Assembly (NCBI GenBank): GCA_046351535.1 | Contig: JAXLYG010000016.1 | Span: forward strand, 128,670-192,669 | Direction: 5' to 3' | Origin: Polyangiales bacterium | GTDB taxonomy: Bacteria > Myxococcota_A > Polyangia > Polyangiales > Ga0077539 | Length of the DNA stretch: 64,000 bases | In this document: piece by piece, positions 1 through 8,327 of the stretch | Layout: every line of letters begins with the position of its first letter | Numbering within the stretch: the stretch's first letter is position 1 | The notes under the pieces: generated by a model | Told to the model about the DNA's origin: nothing | Databases searched by the model: none | Seen by the model: only the letters and a program-made list of their open reading frames with translations | Program-made: the position numbers and the translations under genes

Positions 1-351
1 TCGGTCTGGGAGCTCCAGCATCAGGCGGTGCAATTGCATCGACGGGTCAGCGAGGCTCTTCACTCGGCCCAGGTGTGCTCTTTCGGCTGGTACCAGGAGC
101 CGCCTCCCGCTCCGGATCTCAGCGAGGAGGAGGACGCGGGAGAGGCGCAGCCCTCGGATGCGACGCGAGATGCCGCCGAGGTCGAGCAGATGGAGCGGGA
201 AGACACCTGGATTCGCGCCAGTGTTCTCGGGCTAATCCCCAGTTTCGACAACGTCCACAACGGCGTCCTCGCGCTCGATGTTTCGCTGATGGCCGCGCTG
301 TCTGGAGCTGTGCCGCTACGAGCCGACCTCGCTTCGATCTCGGCGCGCTGA
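1..351 (+). CDS. hypothetical protein, C-terminal fragment entering from the left window edge
   Basis: The frame is open from nt 1 to the stop at 349-351; the listed ORF 28..351 is only its internal GTG part. The centre is acidic and low-complexity (SEEEDAGEAQPSD). No motif recognised. Confidence 0.25.
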   Translation, partial: SVWELQHQAVQLHRRVSEALHSAQVCSFGWYQEPPPAPDLSEEEDAGEAQPSDATRDAAEVEQMEREDTWIRASVLGLIPSFDNVHNGVLALDVSLMAALSGAVPLRADLASISAR

Positions 352-786
352 GTGAGTTCGGTTGGGTGGCTGACTGCTTCCGTCACCCCGCGGGGGAATT
401 CTGCGGCGCCTTCAGATGGCTGTTTGGCCTGAATATGCGCTTCGTGCCCGGCTCACGAGTTGATGGTTTTGCCATCACGGGGAACGGGCTACGCGGCAGT
501 GATCCTGTTCAGCGCTTTCTCAGACGTCACGTCTTCCCACGGCCTCTGGCTGCGCGGAGGGGCGGAATATCGGTTCCAGCGGTGGGGATTCTCCGCGAAT
601 CTGGATCTGACCGTTGGATCGTCGATTTTCGGGGATAGTACGTATTGGCACGGAGGGGTGGTACTTGGGGTGTTTGTGTTAAATCCTTTGTAAATCAAAT
701 CAACGTACGGCACACGTTTGATGAGTTCAGAGAAATTGCTAGAGAATTCTGCGAATCTGATTCTCCGTGCAGTTTAATCGTCAGAA

Positions 787-1153
787 TCAGTTGTGCGATT
801 TTTCGCAGGTAAGTATCACACAGATAAATTGAGACTCTGGAGCAGCAACCAATCGGTACGGTCCCCCATTCGGGTCGGAATCGTACGCATAGAAGCCGCG
901 TTCTGCCATCAACCACCACGCATTTTGCAGTTGAGATGTCATCAGGGGAGCGAATTTCCGCTTTAGTAATTGCTGAGATGCAAGTATCGTATCGATAGCA
1001 ACATCGTAAGACTCCGTTGTATCGCGTAAAAAACGCCGCGAAGGAGCAAACTTCGCCTCCAGCGGTGCTAAGCATCGCCACATTGCCTGCCTCATCACAG
1101 GCAAGCCAGTCAAATCTGAAACCAAGAATATCATCAGGCAACTTGTTCATCAT
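787..1153 (-). pseudogene. candidate immunity protein for the upstream T6SS effector, split over two reading frames
   Basis: ATG-ATG at 1153 starts 2 nt after the effector stop (1156-1158). The N-terminal part reads in the 695..1240 frame (MMNKLPDDILGFRFDWLACDEAGNVAMLSTAGGE). The rest is protein-like only in the 787..1134 frame (LRDTTESYDVAIDTILASQQLLKRKFAPLMTSQLQNAWWLMAERGFYAYDSDPNGGPYRLVAAPES). The span is 367 nt, i.e. 122 codons + 1 nt. An A6 run at 1028-1033 sits at the frame switch. Confidence 0.45.
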
Positions 1154-1155
1154 CT

Positions 1156-2274
1156 TCACGGTGGTGTTGTGTCGGAGCGAAATTGCGTCACAGGATCGGG
1201 AAAGGCATTGCGACCAAAAGTGGACTCGCAATTCACGCAAACGTCAACAGGTTTTAACGTCCTTGGCCTGATTGCTTGGGTGAATTGAATGTCTGTTGGA
1301 TTCCCGAGTGTCTCGGAACAAACTGTCTCTGCATAACCGAGTCCCCGTCCGCGACTCGCAGCGGCGGTGACCCCACCAGTGGACGGAGAGTAAGCACTAA
1401 CGACCGTCGCTGGAGGATGGCGCGACTGCGAGTTCCGATGCCAGAGTATCGCGCGCAACAGTTGCCTGTTCGTAGAGACTTGGTCTGGATTGTGCCGGTT
1501 GGTGGTGCTCGATGCTGCGCGATGCGAAGACGCCCCGCCATCCACGATCGAGAGACGAACCTATACTCCTCCCAGAATTCCACCTAAAATAGCACCACCA
1601 ACAGCCTCACTTACCCCACCTCGATCCAAGTTTGCCACCGAGTCGCGAGCCGACATATCCCCGAACAACGAAAGAGCGATGCGCGTCAGTGTCCATCCAG
1701 CTGCGCGCAGGGTAGCCCCAGGCCAAGAAATCCAAGAGCGAGTACAAGCCACGAGAGCCACCTCGAACTTCACTAGATACGTTCTGCGCATCGAACAGTT
1801 CCTCCGCCAATCCAAACGTCGTTCGATCCGCTCCCAATCGAACTTCCACATGTGTTTGCATCGTCCTGCGGGCCGCAGGCAATTGTGCAATAAAGACATT
1901 TCCGCTTCCATCAGTGATGACTGGAGCGTTGCTGTGCTGATGACAATGCACCAGACTCAGTCACCGTGCGGCCGTGCAAGATGATTAATCCACACGGTCG
2001 GGGCACCGAGAGCAATAGTGCCCTCCATGGTGCTCATGGTCGAACCAGCCAATTGCCCTGGGTAATCCTGCCCGATTGAAGCTCCGGTCGCGACTGCTCC
2101 CACAATCGCCAATATAGGCGCCACGGCGAGCTCCCCGCTAAGAACGTGGTGGCGATAGCGCTGGCAACAAACAACGCCCCCGTACTAACGCACTGAGCAA
2201 CAACCTCTCACCAGTCCGGTGAGGGCGCGAGTGTGTGTTATGTAGTCGCTGACCCGTGCTGCTGGAGGACCCAT
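1156..2274 (-). pseudogene. prePAAR/PAAR-domain T6SS membrane-associated effector with a C-terminal toxin region; reading frame disrupted
   Basis: ATG 2274 gives MGPPAARVSDYITH, matching the prePAAR motif AARxxDxxxH (2233-2262). Downstream, in shifting frames, I read: Gly/Ala-rich TM helices (VVAQCVSTGALFVASAIATTFLAG; LAVAPILAIVGAVATGASIG); PAAR-type motifs GAPTVWINHLARPHGD (1960-2004) and GSGNVFIAQLPAAR (1868-1909); a glycine-zipper helix AVGGAILGGILGGV (1564-1605); and a ~130-codon C-terminal region ending at TGA 1156-1158. The start and the final stop are in the same frame (1119 nt). In-frame stops at 2185-2187, 1957-1959 and 1561-1563, plus several apparent frame switches, interrupt it. 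Confidence 0.55.
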
Positions 2275-2728
2275 TGGTAGTTACCTGTTCGATTACACCT
2301 CGCGAAACACGATCGAATCGAGAAATGTCTGCCAAGTTGCTGCGTAGCGATCGAACGTCTGGACGTACGCTGAGCGTAAAAGCCAAACACAAACCTTGAA
2401 GGCTGACCATCACTTGACGTTGAAGCACGGTTTGTCGATCGGGAGTCTTCCACGTGTAGGCGAACTCGACTCCCCGTTCCCCCCCCACCTCAGACACTCT
2501 CCGTTCGATGAGCCGGTACGATTGTAACTGCTGTGCTGCCTCTACGAGTTTGTGATCGGCAAATGCGTCCAAATTACCGTCAAGAAGGCTTTCCCTCGAA
2601 ACAGTAATCGTCGCAGTCCCTCTCCCATCCCGAGATGGAAAAGAGAAAATATTGATACTCTGGTCCTGGCACTCTTCAGGAATCTCGAGATTCGCCTCGT
2701 GAATGTAATACGTCATCTCATTCCTCAC
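2138..2728 (-). CDS. DUF1795/Eag-family T6SS effector chaperone (adaptor)
   Basis: MTYYIHEANLEIPEECQDQSINIFSF...TVSRESLLDGNLDAFADHKLVEAAQQLQSYRLIERRVSEVGGERGVEFAYTWKTPDRQTVLQRQVMVSLQGLCLAFTLSV fits the DUF1795 pattern as I remember it. The GTG start overlaps the vgrG stop (GTGA, 2725-2728). The last ~50 codons (after ADISRFDR) overlap the effector start and look non-native, so the true 3' end may be near 2297. Confidence 0.7.
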   Translation of the reverse strand: MRNEMTYYIHEANLEIPEECQDQSINIFSFPSRDGRGTATITVSRESLLDGNLDAFADHKLVEAAQQLQSYRLIERRVSEVGGERGVEFAYTWKTPDRQTVLQRQVMVSLQGLCLAFTLSVRPDVRSLRSNLADISRFDRVSRGVIEQVTTNGSSSSTGQRLHNTHSRPHRTGERLLLSALVRGRCLLPALSPPRS

Positions 2729-5157
2729 GTGCAGTTCAGATAGAGACCCGCGAGACCATCGATCGAGATGTGGTTCTTGGCCATGACAGTGATGTCGTCA
2801 TTGGCAGCAACGTGAATTGTACCCCCCGTGAGAATCACTGAAGACAGCGGGGAATTATCTCCTCCGATCTCAACTTTGATCGTGCCATCCCACACAGTGA
2901 TTGAACTCTTGCCGACCACCAGTTTGATCTCCTGTCCCGCGTCGATGAGCACGTTCTTCGCAACTCTCAAAGTATCACTTGACGGTGCAGGATGTTCACC
3001 TCCGCGCGAGCCGACGTCCGTCGTTCGGTTACCCGTGATCGTATTGACTTGCGTGCCACCAACGCTGGCAGTCTCGTTATTCAGAACGACCGAATCCATG
3101 TTGTGCTGCGCGCGAAGGTACAGCCGCTCCCTGCCTGCCTCGTCTTCGAACGTCAGCTCGTTGTGGCCACCGTTTCCGCTCGCACGGGGCGTGCTCTCGG
3201 AGCGGAAGGTCGTGTGAGCCTTTCGGGCCGGAAGGTCGAGGTGCGACCTCGCCGTGCCATTGTAGACGCAGCCTGTGACGAGCGGTCGATCGGGATCGCC
3301 TTCGAGGAAGCTGACGACGACTTCCATTCCAACGCGAGGGAGCGTGAACGCGCCCATCCCGCCGCCCGCCCATGCCTGGGCGACACGCACCCAGCACGAA
3401 GAACGCTCCCGGCGTTGAGACTCGGTTCGCAGCTCGTCCTGGTCCCAGTGGAACCGCACGAGCACCCGACCGTGATGGTCGACGTGAATCTCCTCGTTGG
3501 AGTCTCGCTCGGCCGAGACGATCGCGGTCTGTGAACCGTGGATGACGGGGCGGGGCGTCACCCGTTGCGGTCGGAACACCGTGCTGGTCGGGATACACTC
3601 CGCAATGTTCTGATATCGCTCTTCATCCGTTGCTGGACGTCGTTCGACCTCATGGGCGACCGCCTGAGGATTCAGCGCCCGGTGCACGACGGATGTGATC
3701 AGATAGGTCTGGTCGAGCGAGGGGTCGGCGTGGCCGTCGAGATGAAACCTCAATCCAGGGCGCATCCCAGGCGCATTGGTGCTGACGGTCGCTCTGGCGC
3801 CGTCGACCTGCTCGCTTTGCAGCCGAATGTCCGCGAGACGAGAGCCGTTGCTGTTCGTGTAGCCGCGTTGACCATCGTGGTAGCCGTGAAGCACATGGCG
3901 GCCGGGATATTCGTGAAGTCGACGCCTGGAGCTCGACGAACCCGCCGATTTTCTGTGGGTCATGCCCTGCTCCAGCAGTTGCGGGCGCGTCGCATCCCAG
4001 TCTCGGCTCTGGTACGACGTCGGACGAAGCTCCTCGGCCCAGTCGACGTTGGTTGCATGCTCGGTGTTCGACGTCGCCGCGCCGTGAGTTCCGACCTGCA
4101 ACGTGGAACCGCCGACGATCTGAGCTTCCTCGTAGCTGGTAGCTTCAATCCCGTCGAAGATGACGAGGGTCTCTTCGTCTTCAGCGTGTTCGAAGAAGAA
4201 GGTCAGGCCCTCGTCCTCCAGCAGCCGCATCACGAACGCGAGGTCGGTCTCGTTGTACTGGACGCAACAATCCCGCAGCGGGTGCAACGACTCGTTGGCG
4301 CGCACATCGAGCCGCTCGCCGGGATACATGTTCTCCGCGTCTCGTAGGACTTCGCGCAAGATCCCGATGACGTTGAGGTTCTGAAAGGTCCGGCAATGCG
4401 TGCGCTGGGTGAGGTCCCACAGTTCAGGGACGACCTTCACACGAACCCGCACCTGGTTGTTCAGCGCGGAGAGCCTCTGAATCGATCGAACGACGCCCGT
4501 CGTGAAATGGGGAGTTCCCCCTTCGCGGGAGAGCGTAAGCGTCGCGCGCTCCCCGAGCAGGCTTCTTGGTTGTGGGAACTCCTCGGTGGAGAGGAGATCG
4601 AGCGTGCCTTCGTAGAGCCCCGACATGCGCTCTTCGATCTCGACGCGATGGACGCTCCAGCCAGACAGACTGAACGCGAAGTCGACCTCTGGAATCGGCG
4701 CCCCCGCCTCGGCCAGCGCCGCGGCCGCTTGCGGTGGAACGTTCAGACCAGGTCGATTTTGGAGAAGGGCACGGGCCGACGATCCGGCTGAGATCGCGGT
4801 ATCCAACAGTTCAGCCGCTTGCTGAGCCTGAGGGGGAAGCACGCCCGTCGCGGCGATCGTCGTCGAAGCGATGTTCGCCACCGAGGACGCGGAGATACCT
4901 TGGGTGGCTACCCGGCTCATCCCGGAGATTGCGGCTTCAGCACCGCCGATGGTCGCAGCGATGGTGGGCGCCCCGACCGCTGTCGCCACAGTTTGGAGCG
5001 TGGGACCCTGGAGAAGGCTAGAAGCGGAATCTGCGACCAGACCGCCGATGGGAGGCACACCCGCCGCGGCTGCTTCCGCTGCGATGTCGGGGTGCTGTTC
5101 CGGCCCGGTCACCAGATCACCCGGACGGACAGGAGGTCGGCCGTCAGTGTTCCCCAT
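2725..5157 (-). CDS. vgrG: type VI secretion system spike protein VgrG
   Basis: Conserved VgrG core, including HVDHHGRVLVRFHWDQD...SSCWVRVAQAWAGGGMGAFTLPRVGMEVVVSFLEGDPDRPLVTGCVYNG, followed by a C-terminal beta-helix-like repeat region. The ORF is open to 5457; ATG 5157 (MGNTDG) is the first plausible start. About 170 Ala/Gly/Thr/Ile-rich residues precede the conserved core. Confidence 0.9.
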   Translation of the reverse strand: MGNTDGRPPVRPGDLVTGPEQHPDIAAEAAAAGVPPIGGLVADSASSLLQGPTLQTVATAVGAPTIAATIGGAEAAISGMSRVATQGISASSVANIASTTIAATGVLPPQAQQAAELLDTAISAGSSARALLQNRPGLNVPPQAAAALAEAGAPIPEVDFAFSLSGWSVHRVEIEERMSGLYEGTLDLLSTEEFPQPRSLLGERATLTLSREGGTPHFTTGVVRSIQRLSALNNQVRVRVKVVPELWDLTQRTHCRTFQNLNVIGILREVLRDAENMYPGERLDVRANESLHPLRDCCVQYNETDLAFVMRLLEDEGLTFFFEHAEDEETLVIFDGIEATSYEEAQIVGGSTLQVGTHGAATSNTEHATNVDWAEELRPTSYQSRDWDATRPQLLEQGMTHRKSAGSSSSRRRLHEYPGRHVLHGYHDGQRGYTNSNGSRLADIRLQSEQVDGARATVSTNAPGMRPGLRFHLDGHADPSLDQTYLITSVVHRALNPQAVAHEVERRPATDEERYQNIAECIPTSTVFRPQRVTPRPVIHGSQTAIVSAERDSNEEIHVDHHGRVLVRFHWDQDELRTESQRRERSSCWVRVAQAWAGGGMGAFTLPRVGMEVVVSFLEGDPDRPLVTGCVYNGTARSHLDLPARKAHTTFRSESTPRASGNGGHNELTFEDEAGRERLYLRAQHNMDSVVLNNETASVGGTQVNTITGNRTTDVGSRGGEHPAPSSDTLRVAKNVLIDAGQEIKLVVGKSSITVWDGTIKVEIGGDNSPLSSVILTGGTIHVAANDDITVMAKNHISIDGLAGLYLNCT

Positions 5158-5675
5158 CGAGTCGTGTTCCCCGGCGAAAGGTTGGCAGGGGGAGGTGTTG
5201 ACCGCCCCGCACGTCGGTGATCGGCACGCAGTGTCCGAATCCCGAGTTCCGGTGTCAAGCGGAATTGAATATCGAGCTATCTTCTCGCACGGCTCCGCCT
5301 CTCGGGTGCGCACCGTCGACCATCCCAGGTCGTTAACGGTGGCTCTGAGTGCCGCAGAGAATCGCTGCGATGTCGCCGCTCGTCGCGACGAGCGGGACGC
5401 ATCCAAGCTGCTCGCCGCCGTGCAGCACCCGGCGCTCGGCACTGCGCGGGCAGCCATCCAAGCGTTCTCTCACTGCCCGCGCCACATCCCGCACTGTCCT
5501 CCGCGCATCTCCCTCTGTCCCTCTGCAATCCTCATTTGACCGCACGCAATCTCCATCTGTCTCGCTTCCTACCGCCACTGAATCGCCTCGCTTCCCGCGC
5601 TGTTCGCGCGCTTTCCCCTCGCGCGCTGCTCTCTGCTGGCGCCGCGCGGTGCGTTTCGCGTAGCGTGCGGACGCC

Positions 5676-8315
5676 GTGAGCACCGACGCCAACAACGACT
5701 CGCAGGACCTCCACCCCGGCGACGAGTTACCCGGCGCACACCGCGTCGACGAGGAGCTCGCCAACGGCCGCCTCGGCGCGGCCTACGTCGTCGTCAACAG
5801 CGACGGCGAGCGACGCGTCGGGAGCGTCCTTCACCGCGAGCACGTGGCCGATCTGGGTGAGTGGTTCCTCGCGGCGGCCGTGCTGCGACAGGGGATCGTG
5901 CACCCGCACATGCCCCGCACCTTCGCCACCGGAACGCTCCCCGATGGACGTCCCGTCGAGATCACGGAGCTCCTCGAAGGCGAGAGTCTTCGCGAGGCGG
6001 TCATCAACCGCACGGTGCCGCTCCCGCTCGCCGTCGTGGCGCGGGTGATCCGCGAGGTGGCCGACGCGCTCGACGATCTGCACAAGCGCACGCCGCCCAT
6101 CGTTCACCGCGCGCTCACGCCCGACAACGTGCTGCTGACCGCGCCCGACGGGCTCGTGAAGCTCCTCGGCGTGGGCGAAGCCGACAGGCCGAGAATCGAC
6201 GCGGTTCGCTCGGCCTACCAGTCACCCGAAGCGCTCGCGGACATCGCGTCGCTCACGCCGCGCGCCGACGTGTTCGTGCTCGCGTCGCTCGCGTTCGAAG
6301 CGCTCACCGGACGCCACGCCTTCTCGGGGACCGCCGACGAGGTGCTCGGATCGCTGCACTCCGGCGCGCGTCCGAGCGTGCGCGCGCTGCGCGACGAGGT
6401 CCCCGCGGCGGCCGACGAGGTGCTCCATCGGTGCTGGGAGCTCTCGCCCGAGAAGCGCCCCGCGACGGCTGGAGAGGCCGCGAAGGCGCTCAGCGCGGCG
6501 CTCGGCGTGATCGACACGGGCGAGGTCTCGATCCCCGACGAGCCCACGGGGAGCGTCGCGGCCCCCTTGCGCGTCGTGCGTCGTCGCAACGCGCTCCTCG
6601 GGCCCACGGTCGAGACCACGCGGCCCGACGTGAAAGACCCGCGGAGCTTCCTCGAGAACGTCGAGCGCACGGAGGTCTCGACGCCCGCCGTTCCCGCGCC
6701 TGCGCCGGTGATTCCGCGCGCCGACGCCGCGCCGCGCGTCGAGAACGTCCCGAAGACCGAGGCGTCACCGAAGACCGAAGCGTCACCGAAGACCGAGAGC
6801 GCACCCCGCCCCGAGCCCGCGTCTCGCGCCGAACCCGTGTCTCGCGCGGAGGCAGCCCCGCGCGCCGAGCCCGTGGCGAAGACCACGTCGGAGCGTCCTC
6901 CGCCGAAGGGTGCGGTGCCTCGCTCGGGGGCCGTGCTCCGCGCGTCGAAGGGAGCCGTGAGCGCCGCGCACCCGAGCGCCGCGGAGACCTCGTCGGAGCC
7001 CACCGATCGCAACGTCGACACCTTGACGGCGAAGCCCGCGGCGACGCTCGTGACGCCTCCGCGCGACGAGGCGAAGGGCCCGCGCAGAGAGTCCGCGCGA
7101 ACGCTCCACGACACGCTCGACACCTCGGCGCCCGTCGATGCGCCCGCGCCCGTGGCGTCGCCCGCGTCGCCCTTCTCCGACGATCCGCGCGCGACGCTCC
7201 AAACCACGCTCGAAGGCGTCGGAGCCATCCCCGCACCCGCGCCCGAGGAGCCCGCGCCGAAGCCCGTTCAAGCCGCGCAATCGCCCTTCAGCGCGCCGAC
7301 CATCCCGACGATGCAGGGCCTCGCGGCGCCGCCGCAGAGCGATGCCGACGAGCGCCCCACGCCGGGCTCCTCGACGCTCAAGGGAGTCCCCGCGGCGCAG
7401 CCTCCCGCGGAGGCTCCGTCACCCGTCGCGCCCGCGGCCTCCCACGCGCAGCCGCAGCGCGCCGAGAGCCCCGCGACGCTGCCGCTGCCGCACTCGCCCG
7501 ACACGCTCCGCTCCCCGCGCAGGGCTACGCGCAGGGCGCACCGTTCGCGAGCGCGCCGCAGCCCGCGCAGCACCCGTCGCCCTCACCGAGGCCCGCGCCG
7601 TATCCGCTCCCGCAGAGCGCGCGCTTCGCAGAGCGCACAGGCGCAGTACGCGCCGCAGCCGCAGGCCGCACACGCGCAGCCGCAACAGCCGCAGAGCGCA
7701 CACGCGCAGCCGCAGGTCGCGCAGCCCGCACACGCGCAGCCGCAGGTCGCGCAACCGCAGGTCGCGCAGCCGCAGGTCGCGCAGCCCGCACACGCGAGCG
7801 CCGCCTACGCCCAGGCAGCGCTCGCGCAGCCGCAACACGCGCAGGCGTCGCTCCTCCAGAGCACGCCCGCGCCGGGAGGCATCCCCGAGGCGAGGCCCAT
7901 CACGCGGCGCGTCGCGCACGCGGTGAGGGCGCCGGACGAGGTGGCCTTTCCCGACGAGCCCACGGGGGCCTACGACCTCGAGTCGGCGAAGCCCTCGCCG
8001 TGGCGCTCTCCGTGGGTCATCGCGTCGATCTTTCTCGCCAACGCGATCGTGATCGTGGGCGTCGCGCACGCCATCGCGCTCGCCGCGTCGCGCGAGCCGA
8101 TGATCCGCGTGGTGCAGGGCCCCGCGCCCGTGTGCGCCCCGTGTGCCGCGTGTCCCATCGAGCGCGCCGTCGCGCCGACGCCTCCGCCCGCGCCGCAGCA
8201 GCAGGTGCTCACGCAGCGCGTGGAGGCGCCGTCACGGCCGACGTCCTCGGCGCCGCGACGCGCCGGCGGGATCATCCGTGAGGTGCCCGCGTTTGGCGCG
8301 CCGCGACGTCGGTGA
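5676..8315 (+). CDS. Hanks-type kinase-like protein lacking catalytic residues (predicted pseudokinase), with a Pro/Ala/Gln-rich linker and a C-terminal TM helix
   Basis: The kinase-fold landmarks are present but degenerate. RRVGSVL replaces VAIK. IVHRALTPDN replaces HRDLKPxN (6105-6113 encode H-R-A). LGVGEA replaces DFG (6168-6176). YQSPEAL replaces APE. TM helix WVIASIFLANAIVIVGVAHAIALAA. GTG start. Confidence 0.85.
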   Translation: MSTDANNDSQDLHPGDELPGAHRVDEELANGRLGAAYVVVNSDGERRVGSVLHREHVADLGEWFLAAAVLRQGIVHPHMPRTFATGTLPDGRPVEITELLEGESLREAVINRTVPLPLAVVARVIREVADALDDLHKRTPPIVHRALTPDNVLLTAPDGLVKLLGVGEADRPRIDAVRSAYQSPEALADIASLTPRADVFVLASLAFEALTGRHAFSGTADEVLGSLHSGARPSVRALRDEVPAAADEVLHRCWELSPEKRPATAGEAAKALSAALGVIDTGEVSIPDEPTGSVAAPLRVVRRRNALLGPTVETTRPDVKDPRSFLENVERTEVSTPAVPAPAPVIPRADAAPRVENVPKTEASPKTEASPKTESAPRPEPASRAEPVSRAEAAPRAEPVAKTTSERPPPKGAVPRSGAVLRASKGAVSAAHPSAAETSSEPTDRNVDTLTAKPAATLVTPPRDEAKGPRRESARTLHDTLDTSAPVDAPAPVASPASPFSDDPRATLQTTLEGVGAIPAPAPEEPAPKPVQAAQSPFSAPTIPTMQGLAAPPQSDADERPTPGSSTLKGVPAAQPPAEAPSPVAPAASHAQPQRAESPATLPLPHSPDTLRSPRRATRRAHRSRARRSPRSTRRPHRGPRRIRSRRARASQSAQAQYAPQPQAAHAQPQQPQSAHAQPQVAQPAHAQPQVAQPQVAQPQVAQPAHASAAYAQAALAQPQHAQASLLQSTPAPGGIPEARPITRRVAHAVRAPDEVAFPDEPTGAYDLESAKPSPWRSPWVIASIFLANAIVIVGVAHAIALAASREPMIRVVQGPAPVCAPCAACPIERAVAPTPPPAPQQQVLTQRVEAPSRPTSSAPRRAGGIIREVPAFGAPRRR
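6750..6803 (+). repeat. 18-nt in-frame tandem repeat x3 (PKTEAS PKTEAS PKTESA) inside the pseudokinase linker
   Basis: ccgaagaccgaggcgtca / ccgaagaccgaagcgtca / ccgaagaccgagagcgca, read directly. Confidence 0.9.
7650..7800 (+). repeat. degenerate in-frame tandem repeats encoding (AHA)QPQ(V/S)AQP units
   Basis: Blocks of gcacacgcgcagccgcaggtcgcgcagccc recur at ~7668, 7698 and 7728, plus shorter ccgcaggtcgcgca units. Confidence 0.8.
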
Positions 8316-8327
8316 AGCGCTTCGAGC

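Noticed and set aside
460-693. 77-aa ORF with beta-strand-like sequence (GYAAVILFSAFSD...WLRGGAEYRFQRWGFSANLDLTVG)
   Set aside because: It resembles a fragment of an outer-membrane beta-barrel, but it is too short, has no signal peptide and has an uncertain start. Support is insufficient to call it a gene.
1-5457. Complete T6SS locus
   Set aside because: Only vgrG, the Eag chaperone, the effector and the immunity gene are present. No tssA-M, hcp, clpV or PAAR-only gene is in the window, so this is an orphan vgrG island.
5861-8281. 806-aa alternative frame of the pseudokinase gene
   Set aside because: It is almost entirely Arg/Ala/Gly-rich. Only the ~7500-7640 segment looks more native than the annotated frame, and that is reported separately.
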